DNA of 64,000 nucleotides from Octopus bimaculoides (Eukaryota), in the NCBI RefSeq assembly GCF_001194135.2, contig NC_068981.1:190051443-190115442 (forward strand). The letters are read 5' to 3'. The notes under the pieces are model-generated. The model did no database searches and was not told where the DNA came from. It saw only the letters and a program-made list of their open reading frames with translations. The position numbers and the translations under genes are program-made. Below are positions 63,889-64,000 of this stretch, piece by piece. How positions within the stretch are numbered: the stretch's first letter is position 1; each line of letters opens with the position of its first letter.

Positions 63889-64000
63889 GGGATCTTTTTT
63901 AAAACGGGGGCCACATTTTTCATTAACGAAACACTTTGAAACTTGGAACACTGGTAGAATGTGTCATACAAAACATCTTTTTCTCTTAGTCTTCTTTTAA

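Overview
AT-rich, repeat-saturated animal genomic DNA with 13 N-gaps, most of them next to microsatellites. The SINE families and the (CA)/(TA)/(CATA)/(GAT) content look like an Octopus scaffold; this is recognition from memory, not a search result. I found no intact protein-coding gene. The window is a mosaic of tRNA-headed SINEs (informal families A-F), RTE-type LINE 3' ends, R4/Dong-like RLE retrotransposon fragments, Penelope-like (GIY-YIG) remnants, two decayed mariners, and Chapaev-like, Tc1/maT, Tigger, Gypsy, L1/Tx1 and CR1/L2 relics, plus fold-back elements and satellites. Two signals stand out. (1) Three different non-autonomous repeat families each carry a minimal type I hammerhead-ribozyme motif of the Penelope kind: a tRNA-headed SINE, a head-to-head fold-back element, and a family with a fixed CUGUUGA core variant. 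(2) R4-like retrotransposons repeatedly sit in (CATA)n tracts and stack head-to-tail in each other's tails. A weak, unverified chain of phase-compatible exons lies on the + strand at 21.5-32.9 kb. Boundaries of degenerate elements are approximate (+/-20 bp).
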